Shown here in pieces: positions 43,846-53,161 of a stretch of DNA of 64,000 nt. Origin of the DNA: Caldilineae bacterium (GTDB taxonomy: Bacteria; Chloroflexota; Anaerolineae; DUEN01); contig DUEN01000009.1 in assembly GCA_011176545.1 (NCBI GenBank), positions 9,510-73,509 on the forward strand, read 5' to 3'. The notes under the pieces were generated by a model. The model worked only from the letters and a program-made list of their open reading frames with translations. It was not told the DNA's origin and made no database searches. Each line of letters begins with the position of its first letter. The first letter of the stretch is position 1. Both the position numbers and the translations under genes were made by a program.

Positions 43846-45380
43846 CTCGTCCAATCGATTTGTACGCGAATGCGGAAGGGAATCCATGGGACTCGCCCAA
43901 TCCAGTCAGGTTCCAGGGATATCTCGGGTGGCGCCGCCAGCGGCCATTCCCGGGCCAACAGTTCTTGGGCCTCATCTAACGGTAGCCCGGCGATGGCCGC
44001 ACGTATGGCCGCCCGGTCGATGTCGCTGATCATCTCGCCGGTCGCCGTCAACGAGTACATCACCCGATCCTCGCGCACGGTCACGGGGCCGCGCTGGTAA
44101 CGGACGCTATCGGCCAGGACGCGGGCCCGTTTGGGGATCTGGGCCTGCATCCGCCGCAGGGCGATCTGTTCACCGGCCGCACCGTTCACCGCAATGCCGC
44201 GAGCTAATACGCGCAGACGTAGTCCTAACATATCAGCCGGTTCGTCCACGAAGTGATCGAACGTCTCCGCCAAGATCAACGTCCGCACGGATTCCTGCGG
44301 TAGAAACTCGCCCTCTTCTAACAGTTCGCCGAGGCGTTGATATGCGGTCTGTCGCACCTGACGTAGCACGGCCTCCCGCAGACGATCCTTATCCGCCTCG
44401 GTCACCACGCTGATCTGCCGCACGGTGCCGCCTGTCGTCGGCTGTTCGTTGATGACGCGCACCGCCGGGGCCAGCGGCCCATCCACGTGAGCGATCGTAC
44501 CGCTGCGCACGTTCCCGGCTGGTCCAGGGTCGATCGCCTCGATGGGGACTTCCACTCTAGATCCGATCCCCGCCGGCAGTGTCCCCGTCACCGTCGTACG
44601 GAAACGGACGTTCGTCCCCGTTGATGTACGCACGACCGTGCCCATAGGGATCTCCAGCTGAGCCGTCTGCCGGTTGATGAAGATCACCGTGCCCGTCGCC
44701 CTCTGGTCAGGGGCATCACGGCGCCCGGTCGTCGGCAGGGAACCATTCCCTTCTATTTGAATCTCCACCCAGCGGGCTGGGACGAGGCCCCGCTCGGCGT
44801 CGGGATAGTCCACGCCGGTGGTCGCCGTCAGATCGACGGTGACCGCGGCCGTCTCCCGGGCCGGTACGAGCCGGACGTAGGCCACCGGGACGATGAGGGC
44901 GGCGGCCAGGACGACGATGGAGAGCAATGTGGCCAACGCCAGCGTCCATCCGACGATCTGCGTCCAGACGGAGGAAGGCCGGGGACGCGCCCGATCGATC
45001 ACCCTGGCGCGCTCCGTCGCGCGTTGCGCTCGCCATCGCGCCAGCTCAGCGCGGAGCCCCCGAGAAGGATCCTCGCCCAGATGGCCATCAGGAGGTGGCG
45101 GCGGCATGGATGCCAGCTGGGCCGCTTCCTCCACGCTGTGAAACACAGGAAGGCCCTCTTCCTGAGCCAGCCGGCGCGTGACCGGGTCGGCTGTGACCAG
45201 GCCCACGCGCAACTTCCGACGGGCCGCTCGTCGGCGGATGAGGCGCAGACGTACTGGGTTCGCCAACACCTGACTGTGCGCAGGCAACACGAGCACAACC
45301 GCGCTGTCCCGTATCGCGTCCAGCTGGGCCAGCAGCCCGGATGTTCGCCAGTTATCCGTCAGATGGATAACTCGTGCCAT
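43842..45380 (-). CDS. Single-pass membrane protein of unknown function (beta-rich ectodomain, faintly baseplate-J-like)
   Basis: 512 aa. Cytoplasmic N-terminal domain, transmembrane helix IVGWTLALATLLSIVVLAAALIV, then repeated GT-x-V / PAG-x-G-x-V beta-rich segments. Confidence 0.5.
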   Translation of the reverse strand: MARVIHLTDNWRTSGLLAQLDAIRDSAVVLVLPAHSQVLANPVRLRLIRRRAARRKLRVGLVTADPVTRRLAQEEGLPVFHSVEEAAQLASMPPPPPDGHLGEDPSRGLRAELARWRAQRATERARVIDRARPRPSSVWTQIVGWTLALATLLSIVVLAAALIVPVAYVRLVPARETAAVTVDLTATTGVDYPDAERGLVPARWVEIQIEGNGSLPTTGRRDAPDQRATGTVIFINRQTAQLEIPMGTVVRTSTGTNVRFRTTVTGTLPAGIGSRVEVPIEAIDPGPAGNVRSGTIAHVDGPLAPAVRVINEQPTTGGTVRQISVVTEADKDRLREAVLRQVRQTAYQRLGELLEEGEFLPQESVRTLILAETFDHFVDEPADMLGLRLRVLARGIAVNGAAGEQIALRRMQAQIPKRARVLADSVRYQRGPVTVREDRVMYSLTATGEMISDIDRAAIRAAIAGLPLDEAQELLAREWPLAAPPEISLEPDWIGRVPWIPFRIRVQIDWTR

Positions 45381-45574
45381 GTCCCCTCAAATGGAAGCCG
45401 CGGCACCTCCGAGAGGGCCACGGCTTCACCAAAGATTTCAGGAAATGAACTTTTCCCTCTGCGCCCTCGAGGTCTCAGAGCGTATCCGAGCGTGGTTCTG
45501 CTTGAGGCGGCGATCGAAAACACGCCGCCTGGATCCATCATTCGAACACGTTCTCAGTGGATTCCCAGGTTCTC

Positions 45575-48301
45575 CTAAGAGCTGGGATGCAACTTGCGCG
45601 CCACCCACTGCGGGACCAGCTTCAACGCCTCGTTCATGCGGCTCAGGTCACGGCCGCCTGCCTGGGCGAGCGTGGGACGGCCGCCGCCGCCTCCGCCCAC
45701 CGCCTCCGCTACGACCTTAACGAGCTGCCCGGCATGGAAGCCGCGCTCTACCAGATCCGGTGTGACAGCCGCTACGAAACTGGGGCGGTTCCTGATCGCC
45801 GCGCCGAGGACGATCACCCCTGAGCCCAGACGCTCGCGGAACCAGTCGCTCATACGCCGCATGGTCTCCATATCCTCGGCATCGACGGAAGCCGCCAGCA
45901 CTTTCACGCCCTCGATATCCTGGACCTGCTGAAGCAGGGATTCGAAGTCACGACGGGCCAGCGCCTGTTTCAGCCGGTTCGTCTCCTTCTGTAGCCTCTG
46001 GACCTCATCCAGCAGACTGAGCACCCTGCGATCCACTTCCTCATCCTGGCATCCCAGGAAAGTGGCCGCGCGATGCAACAAGGCCAACTGCCGTTGCACC
46101 AAACGATGAGCCCACCGCCCGGTGACCGCCTCGATGCGGCGGATACCCGCTGCCACGCTTCCCTCAGAAGTAATGTGAAAGAAGCCGATCTCGGCCGTGT
46201 TGTTCACATGGGTACCACCGCACAGCTCCTGGCTGAAGGGCTCATCCGGCGGCCCCACCCGGATGACGCGTACCTCCTCACCGTACTTCTCTCCGAAGAG
46301 GGCGATGGCCCCCTCATTCACGGCCTGCCGATAGGTGGTCCAATGGGCCTCCACCGGATAGGCGGCCAGGATGGCGTCGTTGACGCCCTGCTCGATGGCG
46401 GCCAATTCCTCCTCGGTCAGCATGGCGCTATGCGTGAAGTCAAACCGCAGGCGATCAGGGGCGACCAGCGAGCCCGCCTGGTGGACGTGCTCCCCCAGCA
46501 CCCGGCGAAGTGTGATGTGTAGCAGGTGGGTCGCCGTGTGGTTGCGCATGATGTCTTTCCGACGCTCCCAATCGACCGCAGCCCGTGCCACATCGCCGAC
46601 GCGCACGGTCCCCATGACGACCTCGCCGATGTGGACGATGAGGCCGGGAACGGGCTGGCGCGCTTCGTCGACGCGCACCTCCCAGACCGGCGCGCCTCGC
46701 TCATCATAGCGAGCGATGATGCCTGTATCGCTCACCTGACCGCCGCTTTCCACGTAGAACGGCGTCTGCGGGAGCACGATCTCCACTACGTCGCCAGCCC
46801 GCGCGGCCGAGACGGTATTTCCTTTCTTGATGATGGCCAGGATGGGGGCCTCGACCTCGGCCGCTTCGTAACATATGTGGCGGACGGTCCCCTCGGGCAG
46901 CAGACTCGCCGAGCGCAGCTCCTCCAGGATTTTGGCGTAGCGCGCCACGCGATCCTCCTGATCCGCCGCGAAGCGCGAGGCCGCTCGCGCCCGCTCGCGT
47001 TGCTCCGCCATCGCCCGCTGATAGCCCGCCTCATCAATCGTGAGCCCATGTTCGCGGGCGACGTCGCGCGTCAGATCCAGGGGGAATCCATACGTGTCGT
47101 ACAGGCGGAAGACAGCCTCGCCCGGCAACACTCGCGTTTCCTGCACCTTCGGATCGGCGATGAGCTCCTCCAGGACGGCCAGGCCGGCGGCCAGCGTCTG
47201 CGAGAAGCGCTCCTCCTCTGCGGTGATCGTTTTATAGATGAAGGCTTCCCGCTCACGCAGCTCGCGGTAATGGTGCCCCATGATTTCGATGACCTTCTCC
47301 GCGATCTTGGCCAGGAAGGGGCCTTCAAACCCGGCCTTATGGCCGTATCGCGCCGCGCGTCGGAGGATGAGGCGGAGCACGTACCCCCGGCCCTCACTGC
47401 TGGGGATGACCCCATCGCCGATGAGGAAGGTGATGGCGCGACTATGATCGGCGATGACGCGATAGGCGACCTGCTTCTTCGCCGCCTCCTCGTCGCTATC
47501 TCCCAGCAGCTCCTGGATATGGGCCAGGATAGGCGTGAACAGGTCCGTCTCGTAGTTCGATCGCTTGTTCTGTACGACGGAGGTGATGCGCTCCAACCCC
47601 ATGCCGGTGTCTACGCCATGTCGAGGCAGAGGCATTCGTGTGCCGTCAGCCGCCTGGTTATACTGCATGAAAACTAGATTCCAGATCTCCAGCCAGCGTT
47701 CACACCCATTGTCCAGCGCCACGCTACAATGCGGATCGCCGCACGTGCACGCCTCCGGCCCCCAATCGTAGTGGATCTCCGAGGTCGGGCCGCATGGGCC
47801 GATGTCCCCCATCATCCAGAAGTTCGTCTTCTCCCCCATGCGCAGGACGCGCTCCGGGGGCACCCCGATCTCCTGAGTCCAGACGTTGTACGCCTCGTCA
47901 TCATCCTCGAAGACGGTGAAGACCAGGCGATTCGGGTCAACACCGTAAACCTGCGTCACCACCTCATAGGCGTAATGGATGGCCTCCCGCTTAAAATAAT
48001 CACCGAACGAGAAGTTGCCCAGCATCTCGAAAAAAGTGTGGTGACGCGGCGAGGGCCCGACGTTTTCCAGATCGTTATGCTTGCCGGACACGCGCATGCA
48101 TTTCTGAACCGTGGTCGCGCGGGTGTACGGCCGGCGCTCCAGGCCCAGGAACACATCCTTAAATTGCACCATGCCCGCGTTGGTGAACAACAGGGTGGGA
48201 TCGCCGACCGGGATCAGAGAGGAGCTTTCTACCACGGTATGTCCGTGTTTGGCGAAGTAATCCAGAAAGCGCTGCCTGATCTCCTGGCTGCTCATCGTCA
48301 T
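45575..48301 (-). CDS. alaS: Alanine--tRNA ligase
   Basis: LFTNAGMVQFK, HHTFFEMLGNFSFGDYFK, editing domain HTATHLL, C-terminal GGGGGRP (DHHA1). ATG 48301 is preceded by GGGGAG. Confidence 0.95.
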   Translation of the reverse strand: MTMSSQEIRQRFLDYFAKHGHTVVESSSLIPVGDPTLLFTNAGMVQFKDVFLGLERRPYTRATTVQKCMRVSGKHNDLENVGPSPRHHTFFEMLGNFSFGDYFKREAIHYAYEVVTQVYGVDPNRLVFTVFEDDDEAYNVWTQEIGVPPERVLRMGEKTNFWMMGDIGPCGPTSEIHYDWGPEACTCGDPHCSVALDNGCERWLEIWNLVFMQYNQAADGTRMPLPRHGVDTGMGLERITSVVQNKRSNYETDLFTPILAHIQELLGDSDEEAAKKQVAYRVIADHSRAITFLIGDGVIPSSEGRGYVLRLILRRAARYGHKAGFEGPFLAKIAEKVIEIMGHHYRELREREAFIYKTITAEEERFSQTLAAGLAVLEELIADPKVQETRVLPGEAVFRLYDTYGFPLDLTRDVAREHGLTIDEAGYQRAMAEQRERARAASRFAADQEDRVARYAKILEELRSASLLPEGTVRHICYEAAEVEAPILAIIKKGNTVSAARAGDVVEIVLPQTPFYVESGGQVSDTGIIARYDERGAPVWEVRVDEARQPVPGLIVHIGEVVMGTVRVGDVARAAVDWERRKDIMRNHTATHLLHITLRRVLGEHVHQAGSLVAPDRLRFDFTHSAMLTEEELAAIEQGVNDAILAAYPVEAHWTTYRQAVNEGAIALFGEKYGEEVRVIRVGPPDEPFSQELCGGTHVNNTAEIGFFHITSEGSVAAGIRRIEAVTGRWAHRLVQRQLALLHRAATFLGCQDEEVDRRVLSLLDEVQRLQKETNRLKQALARRDFESLLQQVQDIEGVKVLAASVDAEDMETMRRMSDWFRERLGSGVIVLGAAIRNRPSFVAAVTPDLVERGFHAGQLVKVVAEAVGGGGGGRPTLAQAGGRDLSRMNEALKLVPQWVARKLHPSS

Positions 48302-48353
48302 AGGCTCGAACTCCCCACCGTCTATGACGGTGACTTGCTCAAGGCTAACGGAG

Positions 48354-48382
48354 ATTGTAAGGCAAGTCCAGGCAAAAGTCAA
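48354..48382 (-). promoter_or_regulatory. Near-consensus sigma-70-type promoter for alaS (TTGACT-17-TACAAT)
   Basis: Minus-strand reading: TTGACT (48382-48377), 17-nt spacer, TACAAT (48359-48354). About 50 nt upstream of the start. Confidence 0.6.
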
Positions 48383-48408
48383 AGCAGTTTATGTCAGGAA
48401 CAGGGGGG

Positions 48409-48439
48409 TGCGACGGTGCAGCTCTGCTGCACCGTCGCA
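48409..48439. repeat. 14-bp perfect inverted repeat (3-nt spacer) centred between the divergent alaS and tyrS promoters
   Basis: TGCGACGGTGCAGC tct GCTGCACCGTCGCA. Confidence 0.7.
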
Positions 48440-48471
48440 AAACCCTTCTGATTAACACCCTTCGCGATCGA

Positions 48472-48500
48472 TTGACACCCCTACCTAACGCGATTACAAT
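48472..48500 (+). promoter_or_regulatory. Consensus-like sigma-70-type promoter for tyrS (TTGACA-17-TACAAT)
   Basis: TTGACA 48472-48477, 17-nt spacer, TACAAT 48495-48500. Confidence 0.6.
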
Positions 48501-48549
48501 ACGGGCACCTTTGCTGAATGGCGATCTTCGCGCAAAGACGAGGTGGTTC

Positions 48550-49776
48550 ATGGAGCTCACCATTGACGAACAGATGGCGATCTTGATGCGCGGCGTCGAT
48601 TACGGCGACCCGCAGATCAAAGAGAATATGGAAAAGGAGCTACGCGAGCGGTTGATCGAATCGCAGGAGACCGGTCGGCCGTTGCGCGTTTACTTGGGCG
48701 TCGATCCCACGGCCCCCGATTTGCATCTCGGGCATACCGTCCCCATGCGGAAGCTGCGCCAGTTCCAGGACCTGGGGCACGAATGCATCTTCCTGATCGG
48801 CAACTTCACGGGCCTCATTGGCGACCCCAGCGATAAAGATAGCGCCCGTCGGCAGATGACGCCGGAAGAGTTGGAGGAGAACGCCCGCACGTACGTGGAG
48901 CAGGCGTTCCGTATCCTGGATCCTGAGCGCACGATCATCAAGTACAACGCGGAGTGGCTGGCGCCGCTGACCTTCGCGGACATTATCAAGCTGGCCTCCA
49001 ACTTCACGGTGCAACAGTTCCTGGCCCGGGAGAACTTCGCCAAGCGGATAGAGCGTGGGGACCCGATCTGGCTGCACGAGTTCCTCTATGGCTTGATGCA
49101 GGGGTACGACGCGGTAGCTCTGCAAACCGATGTCCAGATCGGGGGGGTCGATCAGCTATTCAACCTGTTGGCCGGCCGCAAGCTCCAGGAGTATTTCGGG
49201 CAACGGCCGCAGGTGATCATTACGCTGCCTATCCTGGTGGGCACCGATGGCAAGCTGCGCATGTCCAAGACCACCGGCAACGCCATCGGCATCAACGAAC
49301 CGCCCGAAGAGATGTACGGGAAGATCATGAGCATCCCAGATTCAGCCATGCTCAACTACTTCAACCTGTTGACCCGGTACACGCCAGCTCAGATCGCCGA
49401 GATCGAGGAGGGGTTGCAGACGGGGCAACTCCATCCGCGTGATGTGAAGATGCAACTGGCGCGCGAGATCGTAAGCATCTTCCACGGCGAGGAGGCGGTA
49501 GGGCCAGCGGAGGAGCACTTCAAGCGGGTGTTCCAGCAGCGTCAACTCCCGGAGGAGATGCCCGAGTATCGGCTAAGCCAGCCAGAGATGGTCCTTGATG
49601 TGCTCGTAGGGGCCGGATTAGTCTCCTCCCGCAGCGAAGGTCGTCGCCTCATCCGACAGGGGGGCGTGCGGCTGGACGGACAAGTCGTCCAGACGATCGA
49701 CACGGCGATCAACCCGGATAGGGAGCACATCCTTCAGGTGGGGCGTCGGCGGTTCGTTCGTATCGTCAGCGAGTAA
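48550..49776 (+). CDS. tyrS: Tyrosine--tRNA ligase
   Basis: [18 protein letters not shown] (HIGH), KMSKTTGN (KMSKS), C-terminal S4-like domain [13 protein letters not shown]. Confidence 0.9.
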   Translation: MELTIDEQMAILMRGVDYGDPQIKENMEKELRERLIESQETGRPLRVYLGVDPTAPDLHLGHTVPMRKLRQFQDLGHECIFLIGNFTGLIGDPSDKDSARRQMTPEELEENARTYVEQAFRILDPERTIIKYNAEWLAPLTFADIIKLASNFTVQQFLARENFAKRIERGDPIWLHEFLYGLMQGYDAVALQTDVQIGGVDQLFNLLAGRKLQEYFGQRPQVIITLPILVGTDGKLRMSKTTGNAIGINEPPEEMYGKIMSIPDSAMLNYFNLLTRYTPAQIAEIEEGLQTGQLHPRDVKMQLAREIVSIFHGEEAVGPAEEHFKRVFQQRQLPEEMPEYRLSQPEMVLDVLVGAGLVSSRSEGRRLIRQGGVRLDGQVVQTIDTAINPDREHILQVGRRRFVRIVSE

Positions 49777-49809
49777 GTGACCGGTACTACACAAGTTGAC
49801 TTTGCATCA

Positions 49810-49841
49810 CTGTAGGGGCGACCGGCCGGTCGCCCCTACAG
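49810..49841 (+). terminator. 32-nt perfect palindrome (REP-like) / terminator hairpin after tyrS
   Basis: CTGTAGGGGCGACCGG / CCGGTCGCCCCTACAG, 34 nt after the tyrS stop. No U-tract. Confidence 0.5.
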
Positions 49842-50073
49842 TAGATCCGCTTCCATAAAATATATCGGCGAAGCGAACAGGTGCGGATTCTTGTCTTCCA
49901 TCTTCTGAATCAGGTTAGTCACAGGGGATGCCTCTAAGATGCCGCGTCCTTACCGCCATAGAGAAAGGTCTCAACCTGTGCCGCTAACTTGATACGCATG
50001 GGGCGACGTATGCGTCATCTTTACAAGATGTTGTGCCCTTCGCCCCTATCGGGTGTGATCTGAGGTGATCGAG

Positions 50074-51033
50074 ATGGGAGAGATATCCCTTCAAAGCGAG
50101 ACCCTGCGGCGGCGGTGGCCATGGGTGGCTGGCATCGGTCTAGCCGTCATCTTGCTATGCGGGTTATGCGTGATCATCGGCCTGTCCGTCGTTGTGGCGA
50201 GACAGGGGATCTCCACGGGTGCGGCCATCGCCCTGATCCGGGTGGAGGGGGTCATCCTCAGCGGCTCGCCGCCCAGTCCATGGGTGAGTGGTGCATACAG
50301 CGAACGCATCATCAAGCAACTCGAGAGGGCCGATGAGGACGGCCGTGTCAAGGCGATCATCCTGTACATCAACAGCCCTGGTGGCAGCGTGGTTGGATCC
50401 GACGAGATCTATCGCGCCCTGCGGCGGGTTCGCAAGCCTATCGTCGCCGCCATGGGGGACGTCGCCGCTTCTGGCGGTTATTACATCGCCTGCGGGGCCG
50501 ACTACATCTACGCCAATCCCAACACGTTCACCGGGAGCATCGGAGTCGTGGCCACGATCCCCAACGCGGCCGAACTCCTAGACAAACTGGGCATCGAGGC
50601 GGTCATCCTGCGCAGCGGGCCTCGTAAAGCTGAGGGGAACATCTTTGAGAAGTTGAGCCCAGAGGCACGGGAGATCCTGCAACGCCTGATTGAAGACGCC
50701 TACGAGACCTTCGTGAGCGTCGTCGCCGAGGGGCGCGGCATGGACGAGGAGGACGTGCGAGCGCTGGCGGACGGCCGCGTGTATAACGGCCGACAGGCGC
50801 TAGAGCTAGGGCTGATCGACGCCCTGGGGGATCTGGATGCGGCCATCGAGAAGGCGAAGGAACTGGGCAAGATCCGCGGCGAACCGCGCATCATCGAGTA
50901 CCGCCGCCCACCCAGCCTGTGGGAGGCCCTGCTCTCGGGCTTGGCTCAAGTCCCTCGAATAGAGCACCTGTGGCCCCAGATGTTGGAGGTCCCCAGTGGC
51001 CCCGTTCTGGAGTATCGTTACGTCGTGCCTTGA
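50074..51033 (+). CDS. sppA: Signal peptide peptidase SppA (36K type)
   Basis: Transmembrane helix WVAGIGLAVILLCGLCVIIGL. INSPGGSVVGSDEIY, AAMGDVAASGGYYIA, GSIGV. Confidence 0.85.
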   Translation: MGEISLQSETLRRRWPWVAGIGLAVILLCGLCVIIGLSVVVARQGISTGAAIALIRVEGVILSGSPPSPWVSGAYSERIIKQLERADEDGRVKAIILYINSPGGSVVGSDEIYRALRRVRKPIVAAMGDVAASGGYYIACGADYIYANPNTFTGSIGVVATIPNAAELLDKLGIEAVILRSGPRKAEGNIFEKLSPEAREILQRLIEDAYETFVSVVAEGRGMDEEDVRALADGRVYNGRQALELGLIDALGDLDAAIEKAKELGKIRGEPRIIEYRRPPSLWEALLSGLAQVPRIEHLWPQMLEVPSGPVLEYRYVVP

Positions 51034-51078
51034 GGCTCATTAGTGCCTGGTGGTCTCCTTCCGTGCTCCGACATGGTC

Positions 51079-51843
51079 TTAGACCTTGACCAGCATACCG
51101 TCATAAGCTACCTGGACGTTTTCGAACTCCTCGACGTAAGCTTCGAGCTCATCATGTGGGCGATTGTGGTGGTTGATGTGGGTCAGAATCAGGCGCTTCA
51201 CCCCTAGGTCGTCCTTCAAATGCAGCGCGTCGAGGACGTTGAGATGCTCGTTCCCCGATCTGTCGAAGAAGGGAGTATTGGCGATCAGTAAGTCAGCTCC
51301 CCGGATCAGACAGCGCGCCTGATGCGTGAGCTCCACGCTGCTATCGGAAAGGTAGATGACCTTAAAATCCTCGTAGTAGATGGCGAGCCCGAAGCAGGGT
51401 ACGCCGTGCAGGACAGCAAACGGGGTGATGAAGAAGCCGTCAAATCGGACGGCGACGCCCTGACGGCAGACTAGATGGAACCCCACCTGCTTTAAGCCCG
51501 CCAGTAATCCCTGCCGCTTCAGCCGCTGATGAAGCCCCTGCTCCACCAACAAGTCGACGCGCTCACCCCAGTACGCGAAGTCTACGATCCCGTTCACGTG
51601 GTCATAGTGTTCGTGGGTCAGGAAGATCCCATCGATATGCTCCACGCCATGCCTGGCCAGGAGCTCTCCGATGTGGGGAGGGGTATCCACCAGCAGCTCG
51701 TAATCCTGTAGCGAGAAGAGGATCGCGTTGCGCTCACGGATTAACTTGCCCCCCTGGGTCCGGGCCCGTACACAATGGGCACATCGACAGTTAATGGCAG
51801 GAATGCCCTCTGCGGCGCCTGTTCCTAAGAAGTGGATATACAT
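51079..51843 (-). CDS. PhnP-like MBL-fold phosphodiesterase, paralogue A (motifs intact)
   Basis: MYIHFLGTGAAEGIPAINCRCAHCVRAR (CxCxxC), FLTHEHYDHVNG (HxHxDH). Confidence 0.7.
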   Translation of the reverse strand: MYIHFLGTGAAEGIPAINCRCAHCVRARTQGGKLIRERNAILFSLQDYELLVDTPPHIGELLARHGVEHIDGIFLTHEHYDHVNGIVDFAYWGERVDLLVEQGLHQRLKRQGLLAGLKQVGFHLVCRQGVAVRFDGFFITPFAVLHGVPCFGLAIYYEDFKVIYLSDSSVELTHQARCLIRGADLLIANTPFFDRSGNEHLNVLDALHLKDDLGVKRLILTHINHHNRPHDELEAYVEEFENVQVAYDGMLVKV

Positions 51844-51942
51844 GATGGCATCCCCATATCGGCTGCCGAAGCCGTCCTTTGGATGACGCTGTAAAGGAGC
51901 CATGGTGACCGAGAAGATCTCATGCCAATCCCAAAGGGCTGC

Positions 51943-52707
51943 TCAGATCTCGACGGTCATCCCGTCGTACGCGACGCGCACCCCGTCGAAATTCTGCACG
52001 TAGGCTTGAAGCTCATCATGGGGCTTATTGCGATGGTTGATGTAGGTCAGGATCAGCTCGCCGGCCTGCACCTCTTCTTTAAGGGCGATGGCCTCCACCA
52101 CGGTGATGTGATCCTCCTTGGGCGGCTGGAACACCGGGGTGTTGACGATGAGCAGGTCGGCATACCGCATGAGACAGCGAGCGTAATTCGTCAGGCGCGC
52201 CGGCGTATCCGATGTGTAAACCACGCGCCGATCCCCTTCCTTGAGGGAGAACCCGAAGATAGGGACGTTCCGACGCACGGCGAAAGGTAGGATGGAGAAC
52301 TCACCGAAGTAGAGCGCCGCCCCAGGATAATAGGGGATATGGAACATCACCCGTTCCAGCCGGGCGGTCCAATGTTCCCGCTTGACGATCTTGAACAGGC
52401 GCTCCTCGGCCAGGAGGTCTAGCCGGTCCTGCCAGTACTCGAACTCCTTAATGCCGCCGACATGCTCATAGGCCGCGTGGGTGATCCAGATGCCCTCCAG
52501 CCGGCTCACCTCATAGCGGTTGATCATGTCGCGCACATCGGGGGGCGTGTCAACCAGCAGGTTGTAGCCCGGCAGTTCAAAGAGGATCGCATTGCGCTCA
52601 CGCGTTAACGGCGGGCCTTCCTTCCTCGCCCGCCGACAATGTTCACACTGACAGTTAATGGCCGGGATGCCTTCCGCGGCACCGGTGCCAAGAAAGGTGA
52701 TCTTCAT
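51943..52707 (-). CDS. PhnP-like MBL-fold protein, paralogue B (degenerate metal motif)
   Basis: MKITFLGTGAAEGIPAINCQCEHCRRAR. WITHAAYEHVGG stands in place of HxHxDH. Confidence 0.7.
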   Translation of the reverse strand: MKITFLGTGAAEGIPAINCQCEHCRRARKEGPPLTRERNAILFELPGYNLLVDTPPDVRDMINRYEVSRLEGIWITHAAYEHVGGIKEFEYWQDRLDLLAEERLFKIVKREHWTARLERVMFHIPYYPGAALYFGEFSILPFAVRRNVPIFGFSLKEGDRRVVYTSDTPARLTNYARCLMRYADLLIVNTPVFQPPKEDHITVVEAIALKEEVQAGELILTYINHRNKPHDELQAYVQNFDGVRVAYDGMTVEI

Positions 52708-52763
52708 CCCTGTTCGTCCTTGACCCGGGGTCGCTGACGCAAGCCCCTGTTATTGTGAGTGCC

Positions 52764-52791
52764 AGTATACATCAAGGACCGGACCTGTCAA
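52764..52791 (-). promoter_or_regulatory. Strong sigma-70-type promoter for the MBL gene pair (TTGACA-16-TATACT)
   Basis: Minus-strand reading: TTGACA (52791-52786), 16-nt spacer, TATACT (52769-52764). Confidence 0.55.
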
Positions 52792-53102
52792 CATCTCGCG
52801 ACAACTTACGCATAAAAGGGAGGAGGATATGTAGGCCAGCATACACTTCTGATCAACAGACTCCTCACCGCTCGCCTAGCCCACGTTCAGGAGTCGTACC
52901 CCTTTCGGCCGGATTCAGGCGGGCGGTGCCCTCAGGGGGCGGTTATAATGTTCTATAGGATGTGCCTTTGCCATCCCGATTTGCAAATATTCATTATTTG
53001 AAGGCTCTCACGGCTCCCTTGGTGGGCAGGCTTGGGACGCAGGTATAAGCCCGGACGATTGGGTGGATATGGAAGCGCTACGAGGCTCTGTCGGCAGTCC
53101 CA

Positions 53103-53129
53103 TAGGGGTTCAGCGCCGCTGAACCCCTA
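53103..53129. repeat. TAGGGG...CCCCTA hairpin 33 nt upstream of the VWA gene
   Basis: TAGGGGTTCAGC gcc GCTGAACCCCTA; 12-bp stem, 3-nt loop. Confidence 0.5.
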
Positions 53130-53161
53130 CCTCTGACGAATATGCTACAGGGATAGAAGGC

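Noticed and set aside
43842-45380. Prophage remnant, suggested by a faint baseplate-J-like feel of the ectodomain.
   Set aside because: The gene is flanked by and translationally coupled to housekeeping genes (alaS, ruvX, mltG). There are no other phage, integrase or tail genes, and the similarity is only impressionistic.
45505-45530. Hairpin AGGCGGCG...CGCCGCCT downstream of alaS as an intrinsic terminator.
   Set aside because: It has an 8-bp stem and no U-tract on the transcribed (minus) strand. It is too weak to call, and alaS may be co-transcribed with the downstream genes.
48383-48549. T-box riboswitch leader upstream of tyrS.
   Set aside because: The consensus promoter at 48472-48500 leaves only a ~45-nt leader. 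I saw no T-box sequence or specifier/antiterminator architecture.
51079-52707. Part of a phosphonate C-P lyase (phn) operon.
   Set aside because: Only the two PhnP-like MBL genes are present. No phnG-M, phnCDE or phnF-like genes are nearby.
52755-52958. Small ORFs in intergenic regions: 52755-52958(+), 53078-53437(-), 62123-62329(+), 36483-36671(-), 36647-36916(-).
   Set aside because: None has an RBS or recognisable motifs. Their composition matches non-coding or antisense sequence, and they overlap promoter or hairpin elements or the starts of better-supported genes.
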